Notes: generated by a model not told the origin, from the sequence alone. DNA of 64,000 nt from an uncultured bacterium (GCA_963786935.1 CAWBAN010000001.1:960001-1024000); one strand, 5' to 3'. Positions 40,370 through 51,169 are shown, counted from the first letter of the stretch. Made by a program: numbers and translations.

Positions 40370-41755
40370 TCATATTTTTATGCCGCGCCTCTCAGAAAAC
40401 CTGCGCAGATAAGCCGCTTTTTCGGCCAGCGAATCGTGCTCTATATGATAGAAACCGGCGAAAATATCGGGAAATTGACTAATAATAACTTTGAATTCCT
40501 CCGGCATCCGGCCTCCCCGCGGGCTGCCGGCGGCATCCAAGTTCCCGAGCGACGCGAATGCTGAGCAGAGACGCTCGTCGAACCGGAGGCGATCGGCGTA
40601 TTCCACGCCGAGGGGGGAAAGAGGCATCGGGGAAAGGAGCTTGAGCCCCGCCATGGCCCCCAGATGCCACATCGAAACGACGCTGAAGACGGTCGACTTG
40701 AGATCGTCCACGGTCTCGAACGGGAATCCCCAGATGTAGGACGTCACCACCTTCGGGATGAATTTCGCGGAGAGCGCGACCTTCTCCGTCGCCTCCTCGA
40801 TGGTGAACCGCTTGGCGATCCGGCGGAGAACGGCGTCCGAGCCCGATTCGATGCCGAGGAATATCGCGTCGCAGCCCGCCTTCGCCATCGTCTCGAGGAG
40901 CGTCTCGTCGAGAAGATCGATCCGCGAGAGGCACGTCCAATTCATGCCGAGCTTCGAGACCTCCTCGCTGAACGACTCGGCGCGGTCCCGCCTGAGGTCG
41001 AACGTATCGTCGGCGATGTGAACCCGCGAGATCCCGTGCGTCTCCTTGAGCTCGCGAAGCTCCCCGACGACTCCCTCGATGCTTCGGAAGACGGTCTTAT
41101 TCTCCCAGAGCGGCCCGACGTCGCAAAACGCGCACCGGTACGGGCACCCGCGCCCGCTCACGATGGATATGTTGTTGTAGACGGTCATGTCGGTCCGGGA
41201 GTACGCGGGGAGCCCGAGCGCGTCGAGATTCCGGATGCGTCCGCGCGGGGGCGTCCGCAGAACGGCCGCGCCGTCCCGATACGCGATGCCCGCGACGCCG
41301 CCGGGATCCGATCCCGCGCCGAGAGCCCTGACGAGCTCGACGATCGTCTCCTCCCCTTCCCCGATCGCCACGACGTCTATCCACGGCATCGAACGCATGA
41401 TCGCCTCCGCGACCCCGGACGGACCCGGTCCACCGAGCACCACGGCTCGCTCGGGCCGGCGCTCTTTGACCAGCTTCGTCGCGAGGAGCACGAACGGCAG
41501 CATCGAGACCATGCAGCTCACGCCGAGGACGGGGGAAGCCCCGTCGAGGAACGCGGCGAGCGATTCGACGTTCAGCGGATCGGCCGACTCGAGCGCGTGA
41601 ATCTGGTAATCGCGGAACTCGACCCGGATATTCGCCCGCTCGAGCGCCGAGACGAGATAGAGGCATCCGAGCGGCAGGTACGTCTCCCGCGCGCCCCCCT
41701 CTCCGCGCGCCACGGCCGTCGAGACGTTCACGAGCGTGATATCGGCGGGATTCAT
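40370..41755 (-). CDS. Cobalamin-dependent radical SAM enzyme
   Basis: N-terminal B12-binding domain (PLGCLYL, VLGGPGP, GEGE), RGCPYRCAFC, GIESGS; start ATG 41755. Confidence 0.92.
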   Translation of the reverse strand: MNPADITLVNVSTAVARGEGGARETYLPLGCLYLVSALERANIRVEFRDYQIHALESADPLNVESLAAFLDGASPVLGVSCMVSMLPFVLLATKLVKERRPERAVVLGGPGPSGVAEAIMRSMPWIDVVAIGEGEETIVELVRALGAGSDPGGVAGIAYRDGAAVLRTPPRGRIRNLDALGLPAYSRTDMTVYNNISIVSGRGCPYRCAFCDVGPLWENKTVFRSIEGVVGELRELKETHGISRVHIADDTFDLRRDRAESFSEEVSKLGMNWTCLSRIDLLDETLLETMAKAGCDAIFLGIESGSDAVLRRIAKRFTIEEATEKVALSAKFIPKVVTSYIWGFPFETVDDLKSTVFSVVSMWHLGAMAGLKLLSPMPLSPLGVEYADRLRFDERLCSAFASLGNLDAAGSPRGGRMPEEFKVIISQFPDIFAGFYHIEHDSLAEKAAYLRRFSERRGIKI

Positions 41756-43122
41756 TCTGTCTCCCCGCGGCCCGAAGCGCCCTCGCGCCGGGCCTCCGCG
41801 CTCCAGTGCCGGTCGAGCGCCGCGATCATTTCGGCGTTCTTCTCGAACGTCATGGAATCGAACCGGTAAAACTCCGGAAAGAGCCCCGGATAATTTTTCA
41901 CGAGACGCCGGACGTCCCCGGGGAGATTCGAGGGCTCGAACGGCTCGAGCGGCGAAGCGCCGCCCCCCTCGGGAAGATCCGCGAGCGACGAGCCGAACTC
42001 CCGATACAGCGGCGCGAGCGGAAATGGCGCGAGGCGATTGAGCCTCGTGTCGACGCCGATCCGCGCGAGGTATATCATCACGAGGAGCGTCTGCGCGAGA
42101 TCCTGCGGCGTCTCGAACGGAAAGCCCCAGATGAACGAGGCCACCGCCCCCATGTGCCGCCTCGTCCGATGCATCGCCTCGACGACCTCCGCCGCGGTGC
42201 AGTCTTTCTTGATCCGCGCGAGCACTGGGTCGGATCCCGATTCGACGCCGAAAAAGAGCCCCCCGCACCCGCATGCGGCCATCTCCGCGAGGAGCTCGTC
42301 GTCGACGAGGTTCACCCGTCCCGTGCACGACCACCGAACGCCGAGATCGCGCTTCCGCAGCGCCGCGCAGAACTCGAGAACCGCTTCCCTTCTGAGGACG
42401 AAGGTCTCGTCGGTGAATTCGAAATTCGTTTTCCCGTAGCGCCGCTTCAGGTATTCCATCTCGCCGATGATGCTCGCCGCGCCGCGGCGGTGATGCTTCC
42501 GTTCCCAGAGGGGCGCCACGTCGCAGAACGTGCAGCGATAGGGGCACCCGCGGGACGAAACGACGTTGATGAGCGCGTAATCGTCCATCGGAATGCGCTC
42601 GTACAGCGGCATCGGCAGCTCGTCGAGGTCGGCGATCCGCTCGCGCGGCGGATTCGACACGGCCTCCGTCCCCCACCGCCAGCTGATGCCCTTCACCCGC
42701 TCCAGATCGAGCATGCCGCCGTGCTCCACGGCGTCCATGAGCTCCCGCATCGTATACTCCCCCTCGCCGCGGACGACGATATCGACGAAGGGGAACGTTG
42801 CGATGATCTCATCGGCGACGCCCGTCGGGCCGGGTCCGCCCAGAATCACGGTCGAGCGGGGATGCGCCGCCTTGAATCGCTCGAGCGCCCCGAGTATGAA
42901 GGGGAGCGTGTCGCTCATGCATCCGACGCCGACGATCGCCTGCGCTCCCTCGAGAAAGGCGCAGAACGCTCCCGCGTTGAGCTCCCGGTACGACCGGACG
43001 GGAAAATCCCTCACGTCCGCGCGGTGCCCCGCGCGTTCGAGAACGGCGGCGATGGAGAGAATCCCCGCCGGCACCGTTCTCGGATGGGAGAACGAGACGT
43101 TCACCAGCGTGATGCCGCTCAT
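41752..43122 (-). CDS. Cobalamin-dependent radical SAM enzyme, paralog of 40370-41755
   Basis: PAGILSIA, ILGGPGP, GEGE, RGCPYRCTFC, GVESGS, FIWGFPFET; start ATG 43122. Confidence 0.92.
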   Translation of the reverse strand: MSGITLVNVSFSHPRTVPAGILSIAAVLERAGHRADVRDFPVRSYRELNAGAFCAFLEGAQAIVGVGCMSDTLPFILGALERFKAAHPRSTVILGGPGPTGVADEIIATFPFVDIVVRGEGEYTMRELMDAVEHGGMLDLERVKGISWRWGTEAVSNPPRERIADLDELPMPLYERIPMDDYALINVVSSRGCPYRCTFCDVAPLWERKHHRRGAASIIGEMEYLKRRYGKTNFEFTDETFVLRREAVLEFCAALRKRDLGVRWSCTGRVNLVDDELLAEMAACGCGGLFFGVESGSDPVLARIKKDCTAAEVVEAMHRTRRHMGAVASFIWGFPFETPQDLAQTLLVMIYLARIGVDTRLNRLAPFPLAPLYREFGSSLADLPEGGGASPLEPFEPSNLPGDVRRLVKNYPGLFPEFYRFDSMTFEKNAEMIAALDRHWSAEARREGASGRGETE

Positions 43123-43937
43123 GACCCGCCCCCCGCCGCGCGCCCCTCGATCTCGAGCGCCCGGGCGTAATGCGCCGCCGCCTCGTCCTCCCGCCCCAAC
43201 CCCAGATGCGCGAGGGCGAGCCGGCGATGCGTCGCCGGGTGGACGGGCTCGATCGATATCGCCCGCTCGAGCACCTCGACGGCCGCTTCGAAGCGCTCGG
43301 CCTGCAGATGGCATGCGCCGAGGTTTCGCAGCGCGGACAGGAGCCCGGGCGACGTCTCGAGGGCCGCCTCGAACTCCCCCCGCGCTTCGTCGAGCTTTCC
43401 GGCCGCGAGCAGCGCCGCCCCGAGATTCACCCGGAGAGAGGGATCGAACGGCCGGTTCGCCCGCGCGCGGCGGAATTCCTCGGCCGCTTCCTCGAATCTG
43501 CCGAGATCGAGAAGCGTTCGCCCCAGATCCTGCCGCACGAGGTCGGAAAGCCCGCCGTCCCGATCCTCCGCGAGCGCCGCCCGGTATGCGTCGACGGCGC
43601 GCTCATTCTCGCCGAGCGCCCGGAACGCCCGGCCGAGCGCCCGCGCGATCCGCACGGTCCACACGAGGCTCGTGCGCGCCGCGTCGAGCTCCGCGGCCGC
43701 CTCGCGGTACCGGCCGAGCTCCGCGTAAACGATTCCGAGCCCGTAGCGGGCCGCGGCGCACTCCGGCGCGGCGCGGAGCGTTCGCTCGTAGAAGGCTCGC
43801 GCGCCCTCGCGATCTCCCATGACGGCGCTGACCACGCCGAGGGCGTAATCCGCGTCGGGAGATTCGCCCCGCGCCCCGAGCGTTTTCCTGAAGCGCGCTG
43901 CCGTTTCATCGAAGGCGTTCATGCGTGCATCGTACAC
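43119..43937 (-). CDS. Tetratricopeptide repeat protein
   Basis: About seven TPR-like units (LG...G..EEA...F..AL...P); alternative start ATG 43922; stop overlaps the next start. Confidence 0.88.
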   Translation of the reverse strand: MYDARMNAFDETAARFRKTLGARGESPDADYALGVVSAVMGDREGARAFYERTLRAAPECAAARYGLGIVYAELGRYREAAAELDAARTSLVWTVRIARALGRAFRALGENERAVDAYRAALAEDRDGGLSDLVRQDLGRTLLDLGRFEEAAEEFRRARANRPFDPSLRVNLGAALLAAGKLDEARGEFEAALETSPGLLSALRNLGACHLQAERFEAAVEVLERAISIEPVHPATHRRLALAHLGLGREDEAAAHYARALEIEGRAAGGGS

Positions 43938-44022
43938 GATTCGATTCGCGCCGTGGTGAACAAATTCGGAGCGCCCGGGGGTTGCAGCCGCCGTCCCGAT
44001 CGTACGCCGCGCAGGCGCCCGC

Positions 44023-45351
44023 TTACGTCCCCGGCCGGGCCTGCGCCGCGACCCGCCAGCCGGGCCGTCCCGCGAGATACGGCTCGACCTCCGCCGCGAT
44101 CTCGCGCGCGTCCAGCGCGAGATAGAACACGGGATCGAGCAGATTCGTGCGACCGTCGATCGCTCCCTCGTCCCTGGCGATCCGCTCGATTCTCGTTCCG
44201 GGACAGACGCGGATCCCGATGCTGAAAAGAACGTCAGGGACGTCCTCCGCGGCGAGAAACTCGAGCGTCTCCCGCACCGTGGCCCCGGTCTCGCCCGGCC
44301 CCCCGAATAGAACCCACGTCCCGAACGGGAGACGGTTGTCCTTCAGCGCGCGGATGGCCCGTTCCACGTCCGAAACGGCATAGCCTTTCCCCAGCGATTC
44401 GAGCATGGCGTCGCTTCCCGATTCGATGCTCAGATCGACCGTCGCACAGCGGGCGAGGCGCATGAGGAGCGCGAGCTCGTCGCTCAGGTGCGCCGGATTC
44501 GCCATGCACGACCAGCGGATCCTGCACGTGTCCCGCCGCGCGATGAGCTGCTCGCAGACCGCCGCGGCATGATCCGGCGGATAGTTGAACTGATTGTCGA
44601 CGACGTAGGCCTCGCGCACCCCGTCTCGCTCGTGGAGCTCCCGGAGCTCCTCAGCGACGTCTTCGGGCGGCCGGCAGCGCACCGCCGCGCCCTCGACGAT
44701 CGGATAGGTGCAGTAGATGCACCCGAACGGACAGCCCCGTTTCGTCTGGATGTTCGCCGTGCCTCCCGCCGCCCGATAGCGCGCGCCGTCGATGAGGTCG
44801 CGCGCGGGGCGCGGGTGTCCCTCGAGCGGATGGAACGCGGCGGGCGGCGCCGGCGGAGCGCTCTCCCCGGGCCGCGCGGTGACCACTCCCGGAACGTCGT
44901 CGTACGGCTCTCCCCGTTCGAGGCGTTCGAGGAGCAGCGGGAAGCTCCACTCCCCTTCCCCCGCGACGCCCGCGTCCGCTCCGGTGAACCGGAGCAGCTC
45001 GCGCGGCATCACGCTGAATCCCGATCCTCCGAGCACGATCGTCGCCGCCGCGCGCTCGCGGCATTCGTCGACGATCTCCCCGAGCTCCCCGACGAACGAC
45101 AGCGGATTGAAATACGCCATGAGGTCCACGTTGCGCAGCGAGATGCCGATGCAATCGGGCCGCGACCGCGCGATCGCGTCGCGCACCGCGGCGCGGCGAT
45201 CCTCCGCGAAGCACAGATCGACGAATTCGACCTCGCGCCCCGCGCGACGGAGGCTCGCCGCGACGTACGCGAGCCCCAGCGGCTCGACGGGAACCCACGG
45301 TACCCGGGCCGACGGTTTCAGGCTGTTGGACGAGATGAGGAGAACCCTCAC
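44023..45351 (-). CDS. Cobalamin-dependent radical SAM enzyme (different subfamily from the paralog pair)
   Basis: PLGLAYVAA, VLGGSGFS, GEGE, KRGCPFGCIYC, IESGS, FGGPGET. Confidence 0.92.
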   Translation of the reverse strand: MRVLLISSNSLKPSARVPWVPVEPLGLAYVAASLRRAGREVEFVDLCFAEDRRAAVRDAIARSRPDCIGISLRNVDLMAYFNPLSFVGELGEIVDECRERAAATIVLGGSGFSVMPRELLRFTGADAGVAGEGEWSFPLLLERLERGEPYDDVPGVVTARPGESAPPAPPAAFHPLEGHPRPARDLIDGARYRAAGGTANIQTKRGCPFGCIYCTYPIVEGAAVRCRPPEDVAEELRELHERDGVREAYVVDNQFNYPPDHAAAVCEQLIARRDTCRIRWSCMANPAHLSDELALLMRLARCATVDLSIESGSDAMLESLGKGYAVSDVERAIRALKDNRLPFGTWVLFGGPGETGATVRETLEFLAAEDVPDVLFSIGIRVCPGTRIERIARDEGAIDGRTNLLDPVFYLALDAREIAAEVEPYLAGRPGWRVAAQARPGT

Positions 45352-45352
45352 G

Positions 45353-47605
45353 TCACCACCACCAGAATTCCACCCGGATGAATCTGATGATCTTTCGCGT
45401 GAGGAGATCGATGAGGCTGCGCTTGCCGCAGTAGATTCTCGCCGCGCCCGTCATCCCCGGCTTGAGAACATACTGCGGATTGTCCACCTCCGCCGTGACG
45501 ATGAGAACGGTGCGGTTCATCCGATCGACCGCCACGGGCGGCACCGAAACGACCCGTCCGGGGAACGCCGCGGCCGGGAGCGAGCGCGCCTTGAGCTTGA
45601 CCGGCATCCCCTCGCGGACGTCGACGATGTCTTTCTCCGAAACCGGCATCTCGAGGAGCATCTTCCCGCAGCTGACGATCTCGCAGATCTCGTCGCCGAT
45701 CTCGAGAAACTCCTTGAGCCGGTCGCGCAGCCGGTGCGTCGAGACGATCCCCGCGAGCGGGCTCCGGATCTCGGCGCGCTCGATTTGCTGCGCGAGATAC
45801 GCCTGGGACGCCCGCAGGCGGTCCATCTCCGCCTCCGCCTCCCGTATCGTCTCGGGCCGGTTGCCGACGGCGAGGACGCGGAGATCTCCCTCGGACCGTT
45901 CGAGATCCTTGCGGCTCAGATCGAGCTCCTGCTGCGCCTTTTCGTACTCGTTCGGCGAGACGAGATTCTTCCGGTACAGTTCCCCGACGCGCTCGTATTC
46001 CTTTTCGGCGTAGGAGACCTGCATCTTCGAGCGCTCGACGACCTTCCGGAGCCGGTCGATTTCGATTTCGAGCGGCCCCTTCCTGAGCAGCGCGAGCTGC
46101 GCCGCTCCCTTCGCCATCTCCGCCTCGGTTTCCGCGAGCTGCGCGCGGTATTCGCGGTCGTCGATACGGGCGATCGTCTGGCCCGCGCGGACGGTGTCCC
46201 CCTCGTCGACGAGGATCTCGGAGAGGATCCCTTCGACCTCGGCGCGGATCGTCGCCCGGTCGTCGGGCAGCAGGATGAACCGCCCCGTGATTCTCAGATC
46301 CCATTTCGCGAACACGAGAACGAGAATGCAGGCGGCTCCGATGCCGAGGCCGATGGTCAGCCGTCTCCGTTTCATGCCGGGCCCCTTTCGTTCCGCTACG
46401 CTGCGGCGGATACCTATTGTCCACTTTTCGAGCGTCCCTGTAAAGAGAAGGATGAGGGCCGCGGCGAGCGCGAGGAGCCCCGCGCCGTGATAGCGCGACA
46501 CGACGAACGCGGCCGCCTTGAGCACGATGAACGCGATGAGCGCGAGCGAATAGACGACGGCGGCGATCCCGTACCAGAGGTACACCCGCTTCTCCGATTC
46601 GCTCGGACCGGCCTCGCGCGCCCCCCCGGCCCCCCGCCGGGGGATCAGCCGCGTCAGGAGATACGCGAAGGCCTTCCGGCGGAGATTCGGCATCTCGAGC
46701 CAATCGACGAGCATGTAGTATCCGTCCAGCTTGATGAGCGGATTCAGGCTGAAGAGCGCGGACACGCCCGACGTCACCATCACGAGCACCGAGAAATCGC
46801 TGAGGAACGTCTCCTGGTCGACGATCCGCCAGACGATCGCGGCGACCGCCCACATGAATATCTGGAAAAATATGCCGGCGAACGAAACCCAGATCCGCTT
46901 CCGCTTGTCCTCGAAGAGCCACGCGTCGCTCACGTTGCAGTAGAACGCGGGGAGCAGGTACATGAGGAGAAAACCCATCTCGGAAACGCGCCCCCCGTAG
47001 TGCGTGCAGAGGAGACCGTGCGCCGTCTCGTGAAGAACGACGACCATGACGACGGCGAGGAAGAGCGCCGGGATCGTCCCGAGGCGGAGGAGCCGCTGGG
47101 CCTGATCGGCGTAGTCCCCCCAGTTCGCCACGTTGATCCAGAGCGCTCCGATGGAAAGCAGGATCGTGACGAGCGCGAAGTATCGCGAGAAGAAGAACCG
47201 CATCCGCGGCGCGATGAACGAGAAAACGCGGTCGGGATCGACCGTCTTGAGCTTGATGTAGAGCCCTCTCCGCGAGCCCCGCTCCCCCGCGCCGCGCTGC
47301 GTCCGCGCGATCGCGGCGTCGCTCAGCCCTCGGTCGATGAGCCCGAGGGCGTCGAGGCGCCCGACGAACGCGTCGAGCTTCTCCCGCGGCAGCGATACGC
47401 CGAACGATTCCTGGAAACGGTCCCGGATGTCATCGGGCGAAGCGATGCCGTCGAGGGCGCGCGCGATGAAGTGCTCGGTCTCGCCGAAACGGAAGATCCG
47501 CCTCGTCACGGGGTCCTTGACGATGCAGACGCGCTCCCCCTTCTGCGTCATCTCGCTGATGACGAGCCCGGCTCGCAGCTTCGGATATTCGTTCGGCGCC
47601 GGCAT
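45353..47605 (-). CDS. PqqD-like RRE + M50 (site-2) zinc peptidase + HlyD-type membrane fusion protein
   Basis: N-terminal 90 aa RRE-like (VKDP...F.F.E.E.FI...LDG...FV..L...GLI); membrane HETAH and NPLIKLDGY; C-terminal barrel-sandwich, coiled coil, IRSPLAG, LKPGMTG. Confidence 0.88.
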   Translation of the reverse strand: MPAPNEYPKLRAGLVISEMTQKGERVCIVKDPVTRRIFRFGETEHFIARALDGIASPDDIRDRFQESFGVSLPREKLDAFVGRLDALGLIDRGLSDAAIARTQRGAGERGSRRGLYIKLKTVDPDRVFSFIAPRMRFFFSRYFALVTILLSIGALWINVANWGDYADQAQRLLRLGTIPALFLAVVMVVVLHETAHGLLCTHYGGRVSEMGFLLMYLLPAFYCNVSDAWLFEDKRKRIWVSFAGIFFQIFMWAVAAIVWRIVDQETFLSDFSVLVMVTSGVSALFSLNPLIKLDGYYMLVDWLEMPNLRRKAFAYLLTRLIPRRGAGGAREAGPSESEKRVYLWYGIAAVVYSLALIAFIVLKAAAFVVSRYHGAGLLALAAALILLFTGTLEKWTIGIRRSVAERKGPGMKRRRLTIGLGIGAACILVLVFAKWDLRITGRFILLPDDRATIRAEVEGILSEILVDEGDTVRAGQTIARIDDREYRAQLAETEAEMAKGAAQLALLRKGPLEIEIDRLRKVVERSKMQVSYAEKEYERVGELYRKNLVSPNEYEKAQQELDLSRKDLERSEGDLRVLAVGNRPETIREAEAEMDRLRASQAYLAQQIERAEIRSPLAGIVSTHRLRDRLKEFLEIGDEICEIVSCGKMLLEMPVSEKDIVDVREGMPVKLKARSLPAAAFPGRVVSVPPVAVDRMNRTVLIVTAEVDNPQYVLKPGMTGAARIYCGKRSLIDLLTRKIIRFIRVEFWWW

Positions 47606-47617
47606 CGGGGGAATCGA

Positions 47618-48682
47618 TCAGATCCACTTTCTTCTGCGAAAATAAACGAGCATCGATACACCGATGGCGAGGATGACGAGCATGATCATCGGGTATCCGA
47701 ACCGCCACCCGAGCTCCGGCATGTACCGGAAGTTCATGCCGTAGATGCCGACGACGAAGGTGAGCGGGATGAAGATCGTCGCGATGATCGTCAGCACCTT
47801 CATGACCTCGTTGAGCCTCATGCTGAGGCTCGAGAGGTGGATGTCGATCATGTCCGTGACGAGGTCCCGGAACGATTCGATCGTCTCGATGATCTCGATC
47901 GTGTGCCCGTAGACGTTCCGTATGAAAATGAGCGTGTCCTTGCGCACGAGGGGGGACTCGACCCGCTCGAGGTTCGCGATCACCTCGCGGAGCGGCCAGA
48001 CCGCCTTGCGGAGCTCGATCATCTCGCTCTTGAGGTGGTGGATCGTCTTCAGGTTCTCGGCGGTCGGGTCGGCGACGAGGCGCTCCTGAACGTCCTCGAT
48101 ATGCTCTCCGAGCCACTCGAAGACGACGAAGTAGCCGTCGACGATGGCGTCGAGGAGCGAGTAGACGAGATAATCGGCCCCCGATCGCCGTATTTTGCCG
48201 GTCCCCTTGCGGATCCGGTCCCGCACGGGATCGAACACGTCGCCGATGTCCTCCTGGAACGAGATGACGAAGTACCGGCCGAGAACGAGGCTCACCTGCT
48301 CGACCTTCACCCGCTCGCGCGGCTCCTCGAAGTAGAGCATCTTGAGCGAGAGGAACACATACTCGTCGAAGTCGAGCATCTTCGGCCGCTGAACCGTATT
48401 GACGACGTCCTCGAGCGCGATCGGGTGAATGCCGTAACAGGCCCCGAGCTTCTCGACGATTTCGACGTCATGGACGCCATCAACGTTGATCCACGTGGTC
48501 GTCGGCCTGTCGCGGTACGGGAAGCACTCGTCGACGCTCCCGACGACCTTCTCACGGAATCCGTCGGCGTCGTAATCCATGACGGTGATCCGGACCTGCT
48601 CGACCTTCTTCTCGCCGACGTGGACGAGGGTGCCGGGCGCGAGCCCCGGCGGGCGGTGCAGCTTCCGCGTGAATCCGAGCAT
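47618..48682 (-). CDS. corA: Magnesium/cobalt transporter CorA
   Basis: YGMNF motif, MPEL loop, two C-terminal TM helices. Confidence 0.96.
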   Translation of the reverse strand: MLGFTRKLHRPPGLAPGTLVHVGEKKVEQVRITVMDYDADGFREKVVGSVDECFPYRDRPTTTWINVDGVHDVEIVEKLGACYGIHPIALEDVVNTVQRPKMLDFDEYVFLSLKMLYFEEPRERVKVEQVSLVLGRYFVISFQEDIGDVFDPVRDRIRKGTGKIRRSGADYLVYSLLDAIVDGYFVVFEWLGEHIEDVQERLVADPTAENLKTIHHLKSEMIELRKAVWPLREVIANLERVESPLVRKDTLIFIRNVYGHTIEIIETIESFRDLVTDMIDIHLSSLSMRLNEVMKVLTIIATIFIPLTFVVGIYGMNFRYMPELGWRFGYPMIMLVILAIGVSMLVYFRRRKWI

Positions 48683-48694
48683 GCCCGGCCTCCG

Positions 48695-49549
48695 TCACTT
48701 CTCGTACGTGTAGAATCCCCGTCCCGTTTTCCGCCCGAGATACCCCGCGTCGACCATCTTCTTGAGAAGCGGGCACGCGCGGTACTTCGGATCGCCGAGC
48801 CCGCAGTAGAGCACGTTGAGAATGTTGAGGCAGATGTCGAGCCCGATGAGATCCGCCAACGCGAGCGGCCCGAGCGGATGGTTCATCCCGAGCTTCATCA
48901 CGTCGTCGATCGCCTCCCTCGTCGCGACTCCTTCCATGAGACAGAACGCCGCCTCGTTGATCATCGGCAGCAGCACGCGGTTCGAGACGAATCCCGGATA
49001 GTCGTTGACCTCGACGGGCGTCTTTTCGAGCTTCGTGCTGAGCTCGCAGATCGCCGCGGTCGTCGCGTCGCTCGTCGCGAGCCCCCTGATGATCTCGACG
49101 AGCTTCATGACCGGCACCGGATTCATGAAATGCATGCCGATGAAACGGTCGGGGCGCGACGTCTGCGCGGCGAGCGCCGTGATCGAGATCGACGACGTGT
49201 TGGACGAGAGGATCGCGTCCTTCCCGAGGAGCCCGTCGAGCTCCTTGAACACCTTCGTTTTCATCGCGAAATCCTCGAGGACCGCCTCGACGACGAGGTC
49301 GGCGCCCGCGGCGTCCTTGAGGTTCGTCGAGCCCGTGACGCGGCCGAGCACCTCGACCTTCACGGCGTCGCTGATCGCTTCCTTCTTGACGAGCCGCGCG
49401 AGGCTCTTTTCGATGGCGGCGATGCCCCGCTCGACGAACGAGTCCTTGATATCGATCATGACGACGGGGTACCCGTGGTGCGCGAACACCTGCGCGATGC
49501 CGTTCCCCATCGTGCCCGCGCCGATGACCGCGATTTTCTTCACTTCCAT
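48695..49549 (-). CDS. hbd: 3-hydroxybutyryl-CoA dehydrogenase
   Basis: [28 protein letters not shown] motifs. Confidence 0.95.
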   Translation of the reverse strand: MEVKKIAVIGAGTMGNGIAQVFAHHGYPVVMIDIKDSFVERGIAAIEKSLARLVKKEAISDAVKVEVLGRVTGSTNLKDAAGADLVVEAVLEDFAMKTKVFKELDGLLGKDAILSSNTSSISITALAAQTSRPDRFIGMHFMNPVPVMKLVEIIRGLATSDATTAAICELSTKLEKTPVEVNDYPGFVSNRVLLPMINEAAFCLMEGVATREAIDDVMKLGMNHPLGPLALADLIGLDICLNILNVLYCGLGDPKYRACPLLKKMVDAGYLGRKTGRGFYTYEK

Positions 49550-49565
49550 GATGGTCAGTCCTCCC

Positions 49566-50747
49566 TTACAGCATCTCGACCGAGAGCGCGACCGCGTTGC
49601 CGCCGCCGAGGCAGAGCGAGGCGAGCCCGCGCCTGCCGTTGTTCTGCTTCAGCACGTGGAGCAGCGTCACGAGCACACGCGCCCCCGAACAGCCGATCGG
49701 ATGGCCGAGCGCCACGGCGCCGCCGTTCATGTTCACCTTGGCCGGATTCATCTTGAGCTCCTTCATGACCGCGCACGGCTGCACGGCGAAGGCCTCGTTG
49801 AGCTCGATCGCGTCGAAGTCATCGATCGTGAGCCCCACCTTGGCGAGGAGCTTCGGGATGGCCACCGTCGGGGCCATCATGACCCACTCGGGCTTCATGC
49901 CCCCGGTCGCGTAGCCCGTCACGCGCGCGATCGGCTTCACCTTGAGCTCCTTCAGCTTTTTCTCGGAGAGCAGCACCATCGCCGCCGCGCCGTCCGAGAT
50001 CTGGGAGGCGTTCGCCGCCGTGATCGTCCCCCCCTGCTTGAACGCGGGTTTCAGCTTCGCCATGCCCTCGATGCTCGAGTCGGCCCGGGGACCCTCGTCG
50101 CGATCGATGCGTATCGGCTCCCCCTTTTTCTGGGGGATCTCGACCGGCAGCATCTCGTCCCGGAATCTGCCCTTCTCGTGCGCCTCGACGGCCTTGCGGT
50201 GGCTGTTCACCGAGTACTCGTCCATCTCCTCGCGGGACACCTTGTATTTCTCCGAAACGAGCTCGGCCGTGTTTCCCATGTGGAAGTTGTTGTAGATGTC
50301 CCAGAGCCCGTCGAACACCATCGTGTCGACGATCGCGCCGTCGTTGAGGCGATAGCCGGTCCGCGCCTGCCGGAGGATGTACGGCGCCGCGCTCATGTTC
50401 TCCATGCCCCCCGCGACGATGATGTCGGCGTCCCCGAGCTTGATCGCCTGGGTGGCGAGCGACACGGCCTTGAGCCCGGAGCCGCACACCTTGTTCACCG
50501 TGAGCGCCCCCGCCTTTTCGGTCACGCCCCCGTAGATCGAGGCCTGCCGCGCCGGATTCTGCCCGAGCCCCGCCTGGATGACGTTCCCCATGATCACCTC
50601 TTCGACCTGGTCGGCGGGAACGCCCGCCCGCTTCAGGGCCTCCGCGACGACCATGGCTCCCAGCCTCGTGGCGGGGAACGACGAAAGACCACCCAGAAAC
50701 TTGCCGAGAGGCGTTCTCACGGCGCCGGCGATATAAACCTCGGACAT
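49566..50747 (-). CDS. thl: Acetyl-CoA acetyltransferase (thiolase)
   Basis: NKVCGSG, NEAFA, GHPIG, CLGGG motifs; start ATG 50747. Confidence 0.95.
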   Translation of the reverse strand: MSEVYIAGAVRTPLGKFLGGLSSFPATRLGAMVVAEALKRAGVPADQVEEVIMGNVIQAGLGQNPARQASIYGGVTEKAGALTVNKVCGSGLKAVSLATQAIKLGDADIIVAGGMENMSAAPYILRQARTGYRLNDGAIVDTMVFDGLWDIYNNFHMGNTAELVSEKYKVSREEMDEYSVNSHRKAVEAHEKGRFRDEMLPVEIPQKKGEPIRIDRDEGPRADSSIEGMAKLKPAFKQGGTITAANASQISDGAAAMVLLSEKKLKELKVKPIARVTGYATGGMKPEWVMMAPTVAIPKLLAKVGLTIDDFDAIELNEAFAVQPCAVMKELKMNPAKVNMNGGAVALGHPIGCSGARVLVTLLHVLKQNNGRRGLASLCLGGGNAVALSVEML

Positions 50748-50767
50748 CGCTCCTCCTTCCGTTCGTT

Positions 50768-51169
50768 TCACGCGGTGTGCGCGCAGTTCTTCTCGATGAA
50801 TTCCACGATGAGTCTCGTGTCGGTCCCGGGGCCGAACACCTTCGCGACGCCGAGCGCCTCGAGCCTGCCGACGTCCTCCTCGGGAACGATCCCGCCCCCG
50901 ATGATCTTGATGTACGCGGCGCCTTTCTGCTTGAGCAGCTCCATGACCCGCGGGAACATCGTCATGTGCGCGCCCGAGAGAATGCTCATGCCGACGACGT
51001 CGACGTCCTCCTGGATCGCCGATTCCGCGATCATCTCGGGCGTCTGATGCAGCCCCGTGTAGATCACTTCCATGCCGGCGTCCCGGAGCGCGTTCGCCAC
51101 GACCTTGGCGCCGCGGTCATGGCCGTCGAGCCCCGGCTTCGCGATGAGCACCCTGATCTTTCGTGCCAT
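50768..51169 (-). CDS. icmB: Acyl-CoA mutase cobalamin-binding small subunit
   Basis: DGHDRG motif, SxL and GG motifs; adjacent to icmA. Confidence 0.85.
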   Translation of the reverse strand: MARKIRVLIAKPGLDGHDRGAKVVANALRDAGMEVIYTGLHQTPEMIAESAIQEDVDVVGMSILSGAHMTMFPRVMELLKQKGAAYIKIIGGGIVPEEDVGRLEALGVAKVFGPGTDTRLIVEFIEKNCAHTA

